A stretch of 64,000 nucleotides of DNA from a virus. Its lineage: Duplodnaviria; Caudoviricetes. Within the stretch, counting starts at the first letter, position 1; each line of letters begins with the position of its first letter. Shown here in pieces: positions 9,708-18,931 of the stretch. The position numbers and the translations under genes are program-made. Location of the stretch: IMG/VR virus record IMGVR_UViG_3300011678_000001, positions 205,791 to 269,790 of that record. One strand, 5' to 3'. The notes under the pieces were generated by a model. That model was not told where the DNA came from. It was given only the letters and a program-made list of their open reading frames with translations, and did no database searches.

Positions 9708-9985
9708 GTCTCACCAGATTGGAGCTGGTGCACGTCTTTATTGATCAGCTCTGCGATGGCGCTGGCTAACTCAGGCTCCAAGTCCTTCAGTTGCTCAGCC
9801 AGCTCCATGTACAGAATCCACCGCTCAGGCCCTAGGTTAGACAACAGCTCTGACACCAGAGCACGGGTCATGGCGACCGTGTGGCTGTGGACAGAGCTGC
9901 GCATGAGGGCCATCATTTCTTCATCCGTGGCAGACCGGGTAATGGACTGTCCACCGCTACTTACCATCACTTTGGGGCGATTCAT
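9701..9985 (-). CDS. hypothetical protein
   Basis: 94 aa with GGAG RBS; in tandem with the upstream ORF. Confidence 0.6.
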   Translation of the reverse strand: MNRPKVMVSSGGQSITRSATDEEMMALMRSSVHSHTVAMTRALVSELLSNLGPERWILYMELAEQLKDLEPELASAIAELINKDVHQLQSGETA

Positions 9986-9990
9986 GTCAA

Positions 9991-10398
9991 CTACTCCGGT
10001 TCGACTTCAGGACACAGGTTGGTGGTTCGGATGAGGTCATCGTCAGAAGCCTTGAAACGTGCCCTCACCGCTTCGAGTAACCGAACCAGACGCGGATCGG
10101 TCGTCTCTTCAGCCACTCGTTTAAGCAAGAAGTCAAAGTCCAAGGTGTTGTTCCCATCTATATCGACACGAACCACCTGAGCCCCACGGGTATGGACGTT
10201 GATGCAGGGTTTGATGAACATCGTCGAGCTTGCCGTAAACGCACTGCTGCACGTCACATCCGAAAGGATTGAGGACGACACCAGCCCATCACTGCTCAAG
10301 GCATCGGCGAACGCCTTTAACCTGTCAAACTCGGAGGGGGCTTTCGCCCGCTCCGGAAACTGGAAGATCTGGCAATCAGGTTTACCAGTCGTATCCAT
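9991..10398 (-). CDS. hypothetical protein
   Basis: Likely start MDTTGKP at 10398, overlapping the polymerase stop; 135 aa. Confidence 0.6.
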   Translation of the reverse strand: MDTTGKPDCQIFQFPERAKAPSEFDRLKAFADALSSDGLVSSSILSDVTCSSAFTASSTMFIKPCINVHTRGAQVVRVDIDGNNTLDFDFLLKRVAEETTDPRLVRLLEAVRARFKASDDDLIRTTNLCPEVEPE

Positions 10399-12661
10399 CT
10401 TCTTCTTCCTCTTCGAAGAGCTCATCCTCATCGTCATCCATGGCGCTGTTGGCATCGGTGGCCTCTGGCTGGAGGTTCACTTCGCCGGACGGGGTGTAGA
10501 TGTCGCTGATCAGACGAACGTATTTGCTGTCCACCTGGAAGATCCCAAGGGATTCCAGAATCATGTAAAACGACTCGAGGATTTCATAGGTCAGTCGACG
10601 GATGTCGATCATCACCATGACTTCTTCCGGCATGCCGTTCCCTGACAGGATCGACAATGGCATGTAGAGTGTCCGAATCTGATCCCGTTCTGTGCGTTCG
10701 CAGTACAGACGGAACCGCTCGGCAAACTCAGGATCAATGGCATCGATCTGGTTCAGCCAGGTTTGCATGTCGGTTTTGTTGCCCACAGCCATCGGGACCT
10801 TAATCACCGTGTAGGGTGGGCTTTCCACGTTGCCGTACTTGGGAGCGAACACGTCCTGCCACATGGTGTAATGGCGGTAGTTGGTCTTCTCCTTATACGG
10901 GTCGTCCTTGTTCATGTTGGCGTACGATTCCTGAATCTGTGACGACTTCAGGTATTTGTGCTCGCCTTTCTTGATCGAGTTGTAGATTTCCTGCTCGTGC
11001 TGCCAGACCTTCATGTACAGCTCTTCCAAGGAGAACTGGCGGTTCTCATCGGCGCGGGTCATGACTTCTTTCATCAGGGCCTTGGCGGACTTGATAATCG
11101 AGGGCGGAACCGTTGAGGATCGCAGGGCCACGCCCTTGATCTCCATGTCGTATTCCTTATACACGTTACCTTCACGAGCCGACATGAACGCGTAGTAGTG
11201 CTTGGCGCGGCTGGTCAGGGTGAACACCGGGAAGGCGTACTCGTTCTTCATGGTCAGGCGATGCAGGTCTTCCTGGATCACCCCCATGTTGGCCGACAGC
11301 TTAGCCAGAACGTGGACGATACACTGACAGGCAATGTAGGTCGTGGTGTACCAGATACCGTCGCCTTCTTTGGTGCGGGTGGCGTCATTGGTGTACCAAG
11401 TCACCCAGTCTTGCGTGGTGAAAATGGTCGAGTCCGTATCTGAGGCCAGTACCACACGCCGCAGGATGCCTTTAATGTTGGCCACGGTTGGGCACAGCTG
11501 TACTGGGGTCAGGAACACCCGAATAAAGGTGAAGTACTCCTGCATTACATTCTGGATGTTGATCGCCGTGACGGCTACCTTACGCAGCACATCGAAGCGG
11601 CCCTTCTCCTTCAGGGAGTCAAAGTTCTCACCAAGGGTCTCCTCAGCGTTCAGGTACGTCGCCAGCACCTTGGTGTCATCATCGATCGCCTTACCGGTTA
11701 GAAAGCCGTAGGGATCGTCCATGGAGGTCTGATCGGCACTGGGGTCGTACTTGATGATCTTGTCCATCATGCCCCGGACGAAACCGTCGTTATACTGGGC
11801 AATGTGGTAGAGGTCACCGGTGTACATCACGATGGCACGCTCAAGCGGCGTCAGGCGGACAATAAAGTCCACGATCTGCTGGAAGCGCCCTTCGTTACGC
11901 CAGTACAGGTCTGTGCTGCGGCGGATACATTCGGCGGTCTGTTCCACGGAAGGGTAAACGAAACCGCAGGTCTGCATGGCCTGCTCGAACTCTTCATGCG
12001 GCTGACTGGTGATCAGCGCCAGCATGTTACTGAGCGCAATGGTCGGGGACCAGTAATGCCGGGAGCCTGCCAAGAGCTTCTCATTGTTGGCGTTACCGTA
12101 GCCGGTGGCCGAACGGCACATGGAGGTCAGGGAACTGTGACCGGATTTGACGTAGAGGATGTTGCCGGAGAAGCCGTGCATCCCGGACAGGGAGTTGATC
12201 GCGATCTTCTTGGCGTTCTGTTCGGCGTCCTTGATCTTCTCGAGGACTTCGTCGCCTGCAACCTTGGCGTAGAACATTTCGTTCTTGGCTTTCTTACGGC
12301 CGGCAATGCCCGTTTCAACGAACTTGGCCGAAGGCGACTTGAGGACCTTAGGGTTCTCGTAGCAGACCATCGACGGCGACAGGATACGGTTGGTATCGGT
12401 CACGGTACGGATGTAGGTCAGCATGGTCATTTCATCACGGACCCGGTTACCTGGGCTCTCTTGCTTGAGCACCAGCATGTTCGGATCACGCAGTGGAAAC
12501 TTGCCCCCACGAGAGAGGGTCTTCTTAAGGAACGTCAGGCACTTGTCCTGCGGTTGGCCGGTCATCCGGTGCAGGAACAGGGTATTCTGGTCGAAATATC
12601 CCTTCAGCAGGTCGAGGTCCCGCTTGTACTCGGCCTTCTGCAATACGAATGGATTTTCCAT
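10382..12661 (-). CDS. family B DNA polymerase, polymerase-domain subunit of the split phiKZ-type enzyme (gp50-like)
   Basis: Motif B QNAKKIAINSLSG, motif C ASDTDS, AKHY, KGV; acidic tail. Confidence 0.92.
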   Translation of the reverse strand: MENPFVLQKAEYKRDLDLLKGYFDQNTLFLHRMTGQPQDKCLTFLKKTLSRGGKFPLRDPNMLVLKQESPGNRVRDEMTMLTYIRTVTDTNRILSPSMVCYENPKVLKSPSAKFVETGIAGRKKAKNEMFYAKVAGDEVLEKIKDAEQNAKKIAINSLSGMHGFSGNILYVKSGHSSLTSMCRSATGYGNANNEKLLAGSRHYWSPTIALSNMLALITSQPHEEFEQAMQTCGFVYPSVEQTAECIRRSTDLYWRNEGRFQQIVDFIVRLTPLERAIVMYTGDLYHIAQYNDGFVRGMMDKIIKYDPSADQTSMDDPYGFLTGKAIDDDTKVLATYLNAEETLGENFDSLKEKGRFDVLRKVAVTAINIQNVMQEYFTFIRVFLTPVQLCPTVANIKGILRRVVLASDTDSTIFTTQDWVTWYTNDATRTKEGDGIWYTTTYIACQCIVHVLAKLSANMGVIQEDLHRLTMKNEYAFPVFTLTSRAKHYYAFMSAREGNVYKEYDMEIKGVALRSSTVPPSIIKSAKALMKEVMTRADENRQFSLEELYMKVWQHEQEIYNSIKKGEHKYLKSSQIQESYANMNKDDPYKEKTNYRHYTMWQDVFAPKYGNVESPPYTVIKVPMAVGNKTDMQTWLNQIDAIDPEFAERFRLYCERTERDQIRTLYMPLSILSGNGMPEEVMVMIDIRRLTYEILESFYMILESLGIFQVDSKYVRLISDIYTPSGEVNLQPEATDANSAMDDDEDELFEEEEEDGYDW

Positions 12662-12701
12662 GGCTCAATGACCCTTGTTGAAGCAAAAAGAAATAAAGTC
12701 G

Positions 12702-12725
12702 GGGTAGCTCATATAAGAGCTACCC
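12702..12725 (-). terminator. hairpin GGGTAGCTC-N6-GAGCTACCC upstream of the polymerase
   Basis: Perfect stem with T-tracts nearby on both strands; the loop reads TTATATG on the minus strand. Confidence 0.55.
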
Positions 12726-12741
12726 TTCGTTTTTATTGACG

Positions 12742-13239
12742 TTACGCGTAGTACCCAAGCGAGTAGACTTGGCTGTCCTGCTCGCGGAATCCTTCGAAGT
12801 TGGTCAGGCAAAACCAGTCATCTTTGTTCAGGTTATTCTTCAGAATCTCCAGAAGTTGATGGTAGCCGTTGGGTTTCTTCGTGGAATTGATGAAGTTCAC
12901 CAGCTCCTCTAGGAAATCACAGGCTACAGCTTCGCCGAACAGCTCGTGGGCCTCGTCCATCATGTGTTCAGTCAGGGCGAAGTCCTTGATGTCCTCATGC
13001 AGCATGACATCCACGATGTAGTACGGCGAGCCCAGCAGGTGCATCGCTTCACGATCGTCCTCAGGCAGACGGTGCTTGCTAATGATCCGGTTCATGGCAT
13101 CAACAAAGCGACCGTAGGCCTCAAACCACTCTGCATCAAAGGCGAAGATGAAGTGCTGGTCATCCTCCTCATTACGCGTTAGCCGGTATGTCCAAGGAGC
13201 CAGTCGTCTAGTACTCGATCTTGAAGTCGGAAATGCCAT
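12742..13239 (-). CDS. hypothetical protein (possible member of the paralog array)
   Basis: Acidic ORF; start uncertain (ATG 13239 overlaps the upstream gene). Confidence 0.6.
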   Translation of the reverse strand: MAFPTSRSSTRRLAPWTYRLTRNEEDDQHFIFAFDAEWFEAYGRFVDAMNRIISKHRLPEDDREAMHLLGSPYYIVDVMLHEDIKDFALTEHMMDEAHELFGEAVACDFLEELVNFINSTKKPNGYHQLLEILKNNLNKDDWFCLTNFEGFREQDSQVYSLGYYA

Positions 13240-13597
13240 TTTGGAGTAGTGCCTGTTTGACCAGATTCTCGGTGGAATCTGCAATGTTGTTTATGGTGAT
13301 CACAAGCTTACGGTCGGTGATCACTTCGATGGTGTCGTTCTTGATCCACGGAATCCCGAGGACTTCGACATCACCGTTGCCGTAGCGCAGCTTGACGTAG
13401 TTATACGCACTCGCTGACTGGGGCAGGTCGGTCAGGAAGTTCTTGACCTGAGCATGCTTGGCCCGGACATCCCCGAGCAGCATCGCCGTGTCGAGGTCGA
13501 GCACCGCCACGACCGTCACGTTCTGACGGTTAGCACCCAAGACTGCGGGGGCGGCTGTGTCGAACTTGACGGTGGAGCCGATGAAATTACTGATCAT
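13208..13597 (-). CDS. conserved phiKZ-like hypothetical protein
   Basis: 129 aa beta-rich ORF containing VLGIPWI; ATGA coupling with the upstream ORF. Confidence 0.75.
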   Translation of the reverse strand: MISNFIGSTVKFDTAAPAVLGANRQNVTVVAVLDLDTAMLLGDVRAKHAQVKNFLTDLPQSASAYNYVKLRYGNGDVEVLGIPWIKNDTIEVITDRKLVITINNIADSTENLVKQALLQNGISDFKIEY

Positions 13598-13899
13598 GAG
13601 GAGTGGCCTTCTTCAAAGGTTAAAATGTACGTCCCATCGGTATCTACCACGTCCACGTCTATCCAGACTCGGTCGGCCAGACTGCTTAGGAAGCGGTCAC
13701 GGCGCAAACGAGCCAACCAGTCTGGATCATGCAGGAACTCCTCCGTTAGCACATGGAAGAATGCACGCATGATCAGAGCTCGGACGCACTGGCGTACCGT
13801 GGCTGGGAGTTCCCCGATACAAGGGGTGTCTGGATCGAGGGCGTAATATACCTCAGGGAGCAGGTCTGCGATTGCGTCTGAAGTATTGATGACGATCAT
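13594..13899 (-). CDS. hypothetical protein (paralog array)
   Basis: 101 aa; N-terminal strand IVINTS and C-terminal hairpin DVDVVDTDGTYILTF. Confidence 0.65.
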   Translation of the reverse strand: MIVINTSDAIADLLPEVYYALDPDTPCIGELPATVRQCVRALIMRAFFHVLTEEFLHDPDWLARLRRDRFLSSLADRVWIDVDVVDTDGTYILTFEEGHSS

Positions 13900-13908
13900 G
13901 TTGATCTC

Positions 13909-14247
13909 TTAGCGGATCGAGGTCAGAACCAAGGCCCGGTCTTGTTCACTGTAAGCGGCATGCGTGACGCTGCGCCTGTCTAGCCCCTGTGTGGACCGGT
14001 CGATGGTACAATAGAGGTTAATCATAGCATTGCGTAATGCGATGAAATCCTCGGCGGTCTCTTTAACCTCCGGGGGGAAGAGCTGTGCAACAAATTCATC
14101 AACGAAGAGTTCACCTCGACGACACCAGTCGCCGTACAGACAGTAAATCTCATCGATGTCGTATTGGTGTTCCATCACTTGGGACAGATCACCGAGGAAG
14201 GCGGCATGGAGCGCCTCCCCGTCTAGCAAAATGATTCGTTCAGCCAT
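13909..14247 (-). CDS. hypothetical protein (paralog array)
   Basis: 112 aa acidic; IILLDG...AAYSEQDRALVLT. Confidence 0.65.
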   Translation of the reverse strand: MAERIILLDGEALHAAFLGDLSQVMEHQYDIDEIYCLYGDWCRRGELFVDEFVAQLFPPEVKETAEDFIALRNAMINLYCTIDRSTQGLDRRSVTHAAYSEQDRALVLTSIR

Positions 14248-14641
14248 CAGAAATTCTCACTAACACACTGTTGTCAACCGGATCATAACTGACCAGTTCA
14301 GTGATTAATGAGTCCACATCACGGTATCTGCTCAGTTGTCCGGCGAGGTCTTTAAAAAGGTCGATCGCCAAGTCGTAAGCTTCATCCACTTCGACCATTA
14401 GGCGAACCATTGACGCGTGACCACATCTGTGCCTGTCCATCCAATAACTGAGCACTTCACCATACTCTGCCGCGAGGTTGTTTTTAATCACCCCACGCAG
14501 TGAGCACGGTATGACTGCCAAAAGCAGTTCAGGTTTTACGGTTGATAACCAGTCGTTTTCGGCTTTTAGGCACAGGGTGAGCGGGAGTTGTACCGGCTCC
14601 CAAGGCCAATGGGACGATTTCGACGCAGGCAGTATTATCAT
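14240..14641 (-). CDS. hypothetical protein (paralog array)
   Basis: 133 aa ending ELVSYDPVDNSVLVRI; start uncertain. Confidence 0.6.
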   Translation of the reverse strand: MIILPASKSSHWPWEPVQLPLTLCLKAENDWLSTVKPELLLAVIPCSLRGVIKNNLAAEYGEVLSYWMDRHRCGHASMVRLMVEVDEAYDLAIDLFKDLAGQLSRYRDVDSLITELVSYDPVDNSVLVRISDG

Positions 14642-14963
14642 CTTCGTTCACCTCTAAGAGTCGGACAGATTCGCTTTGGTTAACGAGGCGTTCTGTCTGA
14701 GCCAGGAGGTCATCGGTAAGGTCACACAGGATCTTACGAATAAAAAGGCTTTCGACATCGCTCAAACGTCCGTCTGTCATAATCTGGGCAGGAAACCGGT
14801 CTTCGCGTTTGGCCAGCAGGGAGTCAGACAAGTGAGCAAACAACTGATCCAGACTCATGCCGGTGGCCTGCATCACGTTATACACGTTCAGCAAGAACTC
14901 GCCATTGGTTTCCAAGGTGATGATCGCGCGGATTTCGGGAGGCGGCAATGACGACGTCTTCAT
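14529..14963 (-). CDS. hypothetical protein (paralog array)
   Basis: Likely start MKTSSL at 14963; contains RLLEVNEDDNTACVEI. Confidence 0.6.
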   Translation of the reverse strand: MKTSSLPPPEIRAIITLETNGEFLLNVYNVMQATGMSLDQLFAHLSDSLLAKREDRFPAQIMTDGRLSDVESLFIRKILCDLTDDLLAQTERLVNQSESVRLLEVNEDDNTACVEIVPLALGAGTTPAHPVPKSRKRLVINRKT

Positions 14964-15312
14964 CTGCTTCGCTGTAGCGGACAGCAAGGAGGACGTAGGG
15001 CTGTTGAGTGCGCGTCGCCTGCGTGGCACGACTAGCCCCGTCGTAATCTTTTTCATAGTAGCGCCTTAAATTGGTAAAGACGTCGTGAAACGTCGATTGA
15101 ATATCGTCAAGCCACCACCGGATTTCTTCTTCTTCCTCCGGATGGTTCTCTAATAGGTCCTCTATATAAAACGCCTCATCGAATACAAAATACGCGATGG
15201 CGGCATAGAGCATGGCAGAGGCGCCAATACACCCGGCCAATGAATCACCGAGCATATTGAACGCCTGCCTATACGGTAAGGTCAAAGCGATTGAGCTGAT
15301 TCCAGTCGACAA
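14878..15312 (-). CDS. hypothetical protein (paralog array)
   Basis: 144 aa acidic ORF overlapping both neighbours. Confidence 0.55.
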   Translation of the reverse strand: MSTGISSIALTLPYRQAFNMLGDSLAGCIGASAMLYAAIAYFVFDEAFYIEDLLENHPEEEEEIRWWLDDIQSTFHDVFTNLRRYYEKDYDGASRATQATRTQQPYVLLAVRYSEADEDVVIAASRNPRDHHLGNQWRVLAERV

Positions 15313-15754
15313 CTTTTCTCACCTCCAAAACCACTAGGCCATCACAGTACTCTACCGCACGACAGGCCATGTCGAAGTTTTCCAACAGGCCACGGAATGC
15401 GGTTTTGAGGGCGCGCGAGACTTCATGTACATCTGACAGGTGCATCATCCGACGTTCGGGGGATGTCCTTTCAAGCCAACTGCGTCCTGCGGGTGTGGCC
15501 AATATTTCCATTGACGTGAGCCCACAATTGATCATCTCAATCATGGGGATCATGATCCCAATTTTCCCAAGCTTTCGATAAAAACGCTTAAACACATCAT
15601 GGCCCATGGGAGACTCGACCATCACGTACTTGACCATACCGGGACCGGTATTGATCGTGCAGCGTGCAATCTTGTACGGCTCATAAGCTTGAGGATAGCT
15701 CTTCGATGGCTCGGCGTAAACGTTCGGGATAGTAATCACCTTGCGTCCGCGCAT
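15269..15754 (-). CDS. hypothetical protein (paralog array)
   Basis: 161 aa containing AVEYCDGLVVLEV; start uncertain. Confidence 0.6.
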   Translation of the reverse strand: MRGRKVITIPNVYAEPSKSYPQAYEPYKIARCTINTGPGMVKYVMVESPMGHDVFKRFYRKLGKIGIMIPMIEMINCGLTSMEILATPAGRSWLERTSPERRMMHLSDVHEVSRALKTAFRGLLENFDMACRAVEYCDGLVVLEVRKVVDWNQLNRFDLTV

Positions 15755-16118
15755 GCTGATACTCTTCCTTAATTCGACCTACAGGGTCTGGCTGACCCAC
15801 CCGTCTGGGTGTGACTACGATGGCTTCACTGTTTGGGTCGTATTGTAGTTCCGCCACCTCGATCCGAGGGTCGACGAAGCGATCAACCAACCCTAGGAAA
15901 CCTGCAATGATAATGTCGAACGGCGAGTAGTCATCCAGGCGTCCGCCGAACAACTCAATCACCACACCAATCAGGTCATCGCCCTGCGACTGGTTATAGC
16001 TTTCCACTAACGCCTGAACCGTGTCAGGCACTTCTCGTGGGAAGTCAAGGGCATTGTGCGCATCCATGAGCGCCGTGATGGTGTTTTCCAACTCAGAGGT
16101 TGACACGAGGTATTGCAT
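15681..16118 (-). CDS. hypothetical protein (paralog array)
   Basis: 145 aa with AGGAGG RBS; VAELQYDPNSEAIVVT. Confidence 0.7.
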   Translation of the reverse strand: MQYLVSTSELENTITALMDAHNALDFPREVPDTVQALVESYNQSQGDDLIGVVIELFGGRLDDYSPFDIIIAGFLGLVDRFVDPRIEVAELQYDPNSEAIVVTPRRVGQPDPVGRIKEEYQHARTQGDYYPERLRRAIEELSSSL

Positions 16119-16132
16119 CAGAGCCTCCTACG

Positions 16133-16750
16133 TTAGTAGCGTTTGAGGGCGTCAGCGTAGATCTGCTTGACCATGTCCCGCGTGGGTTCATGAGAGATGC
16201 CTTTGAAGGTCTCAGCCAGGACACGTTGAATGTACTGTTCGTAGACCTCCAGGTCACCTTCCTCAAACGGCTGCACAGGTGGCTTTGGCGGCGTCAGTTG
16301 GCGCAATTGCAGCAAGGCATCGCTGTAACGCTCGGCCAGGATGTCCCCTTCGATGTTGATCAGCAGGTCTTCGGAGTGCTCCGGCAGCTGGAACGTCACC
16401 GAACGGCGATCCAAGTGTTTGCTCACCGCTTCAACCAACGGATCGAAGAAGAGCACCAGATTCAGGTAGAAGTCATCGACCTCAATGGCCAGGTCATCTA
16501 CCGCGGTTTCAGCCATGGTCTTGATGGGGTAGCCTAACGCATCCAGCAACACCAACACCGGGTCTGGCTTCTTGCGCACATGGCGCATGGAGGACAGGAT
16601 GTATGCCTGAGCAAACTCACCGGCAGCTTTGGCCAGCGTCTTGGTGCGCTGTGGGCCCTGATCCGCGACGAAATGACCGCGTGGCCAGATAGCCAGCGAT
16701 CCGTCGAGGTATGAAATCAAATCTGATAATGGTATCCGGATTAACTGCAC
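16133..16750 (-). CDS. hypothetical protein (paralog array)
   Basis: 205 aa; GTG start with AGGAG RBS. Confidence 0.7.
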   Translation of the reverse strand: MQLIRIPLSDLISYLDGSLAIWPRGHFVADQGPQRTKTLAKAAGEFAQAYILSSMRHVRKKPDPVLVLLDALGYPIKTMAETAVDDLAIEVDDFYLNLVLFFDPLVEAVSKHLDRRSVTFQLPEHSEDLLINIEGDILAERYSDALLQLRQLTPPKPPVQPFEEGDLEVYEQYIQRVLAETFKGISHEPTRDMVKQIYADALKRY

Positions 16751-16760
16751 GTGCTCACTC

Positions 16761-17099
16761 CTAATTAAGTGACGTGATCTTGATAATGACTAAGACGTCA
16801 GTCGTCATCTCGATAGCCAGCACGTATTCCCGTAAATGAGAAAGAGTGTGCTCATCAAGTTGGCAGACGAAATTCAGCTCATACCGCTTCTGTAGACGGC
16901 GAATCAACTCGTACTGTCTCTCCAATGAAGCACAGTGTGGCGCCCTCGGAATCAGTGTGAGTCTCCCCACGCTGACCAAATCCGATTCGATCACATACTG
17001 CCATGCAAGAGGCGATAGGTCGTTATCCCTGTCTAGGGTACTGGTAAGAGAAGAAACGTCGAAGATGAAGCCTATAGGGCCTTTAAAATCGATATTCAT
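16761..17099 (-). CDS. hypothetical protein (first gene of the paralog array)
   Basis: 112 aa with GGGAG RBS. Confidence 0.65.
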   Translation of the reverse strand: MNIDFKGPIGFIFDVSSLTSTLDRDNDLSPLAWQYVIESDLVSVGRLTLIPRAPHCASLERQYELIRRLQKRYELNFVCQLDEHTLSHLREYVLAIEMTTDVLVIIKITSLN

Positions 17100-17153
17100 G
17101 GCTCCCCCTACACAATACGGCCTTGCGGTATCTTTTTACCCGGTTACAGGCGT

Positions 17154-17197
17154 AAAAAATAAAGCCAGGAGACGAGGTGATCGTCTCCTTTATGCCG
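17154..17197 (-). terminator. intrinsic terminator with CGGCATA/TATGCCG flank
   Basis: AGGAGACGA-GGTGA-TCGTCTCCT stem; T-tract on the minus strand. Confidence 0.7.
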
Positions 17198-17201
17198 TCG
17201 C

Positions 17202-17408
17202 TTAACTGAAGCTGGGGAAGCCATCATCGCCGGCCGGATTGATCTTATTCAAAGCGGGACCGTGCTTGTTATAATCGTAGCTCTCCTCTGGAAATTCATG
17301 GTGCCAATCGCCTGTGACGCAGCGATGACACTTATAACCCGGTGAGGTTTGCGGGGTGCTGTGAATCGAGTCGCAATTCGAGCAGCATTCACATTCAAAT
17401 ACATGCAT
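17202..17408 (-). CDS. small Cys-rich putative zinc-ribbon protein
   Basis: 68 aa from MHVFE with CSNC...CHRC pairs; AAGGA RBS. Confidence 0.6.
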   Translation of the reverse strand: MHVFECECCSNCDSIHSTPQTSPGYKCHRCVTGDWHHEFPEESYDYNKHGPALNKINPAGDDGFPSFS

Positions 17409-17419
17409 TTGTTTGTTCC

Positions 17420-18157
17420 TTAAAGGTAATTCCAATCCGGTCTGTTTTCAGACTTAAGACGGTAAGCTATTGTTGATTCACCTAGTCCAAGTATTTTAGC
17501 CGCAGTAGCTATACTCGGGTAGGACACACCTTCAATTACAATTGCCTTTTGGCACGTTTCTAACTGTCTGGCTCTTGCCGTAGGTGTGAAATGAACTTCG
17601 CGGCGGGCATTTGCCTCATTCATCTTCTGGCGCGTCTCGGGACTGATTCCTCCATTGCGGTGCCATGCTTCTGACATCTTCCGACGAGTTTCTTCGGAGG
17701 CAGGGCCTTGAGCAGCACGTGCCTTTGCCATATTGGCAATCACCTGTTCTCTAGGGCGGGCAAAGTTCATCTGCCTAACACGTTCGACATTTTGAGGCTG
17801 TAGAGCAAACCTGCGAGACGCCTCTATTAAATGGTGCCGGTATTCTTCAGGCATGCCGCCTGCCCACACGCCTGTAGACCCTGTCCCTATATTAGCAAAC
17901 AATGGGTCGCCTGCGTGGAAATCGAGCAGTGATTGCTCGTGACGACGTGCTGAATCTAATGTCGAATATTCTACATACTCGATCTGGATGTTGTGCCAGC
18001 CGGAGTAAGACCGTTGAAAAATATGGTTATCGTGGACTCCCCTATTTAACTTCGATCTATGGCTGCTAAGTCTGGCACTAAGATTACCTGTACTTCCGAC
18101 ATAGAACATTCCCGTCACTACGTCAGTTAAGACGTACGCAGCAGGAATGCTACGCAC
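17420..18157 (-). CDS. free-standing GIY-YIG homing endonuclease (Seg-like) #1
   Basis: AAY-N10-YVG, R...H, HxN, catalytic E (RHEQ), NUMOD3-like SEETRRKMSE repeats and C-terminal HTH YPSIATAAKILG. Lower GC; GTG start with GGAG RBS. Confidence 0.9.
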   Translation of the reverse strand: MRSIPAAYVLTDVVTGMFYVGSTGNLSARLSSHRSKLNRGVHDNHIFQRSYSGWHNIQIEYVEYSTLDSARRHEQSLLDFHAGDPLFANIGTGSTGVWAGGMPEEYRHHLIEASRRFALQPQNVERVRQMNFARPREQVIANMAKARAAQGPASEETRRKMSEAWHRNGGISPETRQKMNEANARREVHFTPTARARQLETCQKAIVIEGVSYPSIATAAKILGLGESTIAYRLKSENRPDWNYL

Positions 18158-18209
18158 CGTTTACTCCAAAAATCGAACACATATTAAGTTACTCCAAGAG
18201 GAAGGGATT

Positions 18210-18238
18210 GCTGGTCACATGGGTAATATGTGACCAGC
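18210..18238. promoter_or_regulatory. 11-bp hairpin upstream of GIY-YIG #1
   Basis: GCTGGTCACAT-N7-ATGTGACCAGC; the minus-strand loop region reads CATATTAC, close to the phiKZ early promoter element TATATTAC. Confidence 0.4.
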
Positions 18239-18250
18239 GTAAAGTGGAAG

Positions 18251-18895
18251 TTACTCGCTAACCGGGACGGGTTCGGGACTTGTCTCTGCTCTCGAAGGCC
18301 ACCGGCGCGGGCGGAATAGCGGTTTCATCTTGAGGTTGGGCAGCCCCAGCATGCTGACCGGCTCGATGACGATCGGTGCCCAGGCTTGATTGAACTGTTC
18401 CTCGGGCGTATCAGCAACGCTCATCCAAGGAATGACCTTTACCGTGCCTTCATTGTTGAGGATGTGCAGCTCCCCACGATTGTGGTTACGGATGAGGATG
18501 GCTTCTTGGAAATTCGGGACTTCCAAGGCCTCGATGGGCTCGACGGGCATGGCGCGAAGCACACGCAGACGGTTGGACAAGGAAGTCAGTTCGTTGTCCA
18601 GGATGTAGCCCTTACGGAAGACCTTCGCAGGCTTCATGAGGACATTCGTGCGTCCCATTTCCCGAAGGAGGGCAGTTCGACGAACACCCATGCCGCCAGG
18701 CAGACGACACTCGCCGCCAGTGGTTTCATCATACACCGTGAGGTGGTCGACACCTCCGCGCTTTGCAAAACGGAGCAGCTTGTCACGGAACGCCATCTTG
18801 GCGGGCGTACCCAAGACAAACCAGCGCGTGTTCTGGTAGTTGGCATTGGTGAGCAGTTGACGGCGGTAGTTTTCAATGTTCTCGGCGTAGCTCAT
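18251..18895 (-). CDS. basic hypothetical protein, tandem paralog A
   Basis: 214 aa; shares YAEN, IRN..GELH, GTVKVIPW and PLFR with the next ORF. Confidence 0.8.
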   Translation of the reverse strand: MSYAENIENYRRQLLTNANYQNTRWFVLGTPAKMAFRDKLLRFAKRGGVDHLTVYDETTGGECRLPGGMGVRRTALLREMGRTNVLMKPAKVFRKGYILDNELTSLSNRLRVLRAMPVEPIEALEVPNFQEAILIRNHNRGELHILNNEGTVKVIPWMSVADTPEEQFNQAWAPIVIEPVSMLGLPNLKMKPLFRPRRWPSRAETSPEPVPVSE

Positions 18896-18931
18896 GGTGG
18901 AACTCCTTTAAACAAATCGACTGTTGGCGTG

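Noticed and set aside
18150-18182. MCSIFGVNGA as the start of a class II glutamine amidotransferase
   Set aside because: Only 10 codons, with no downstream GATase sequence.
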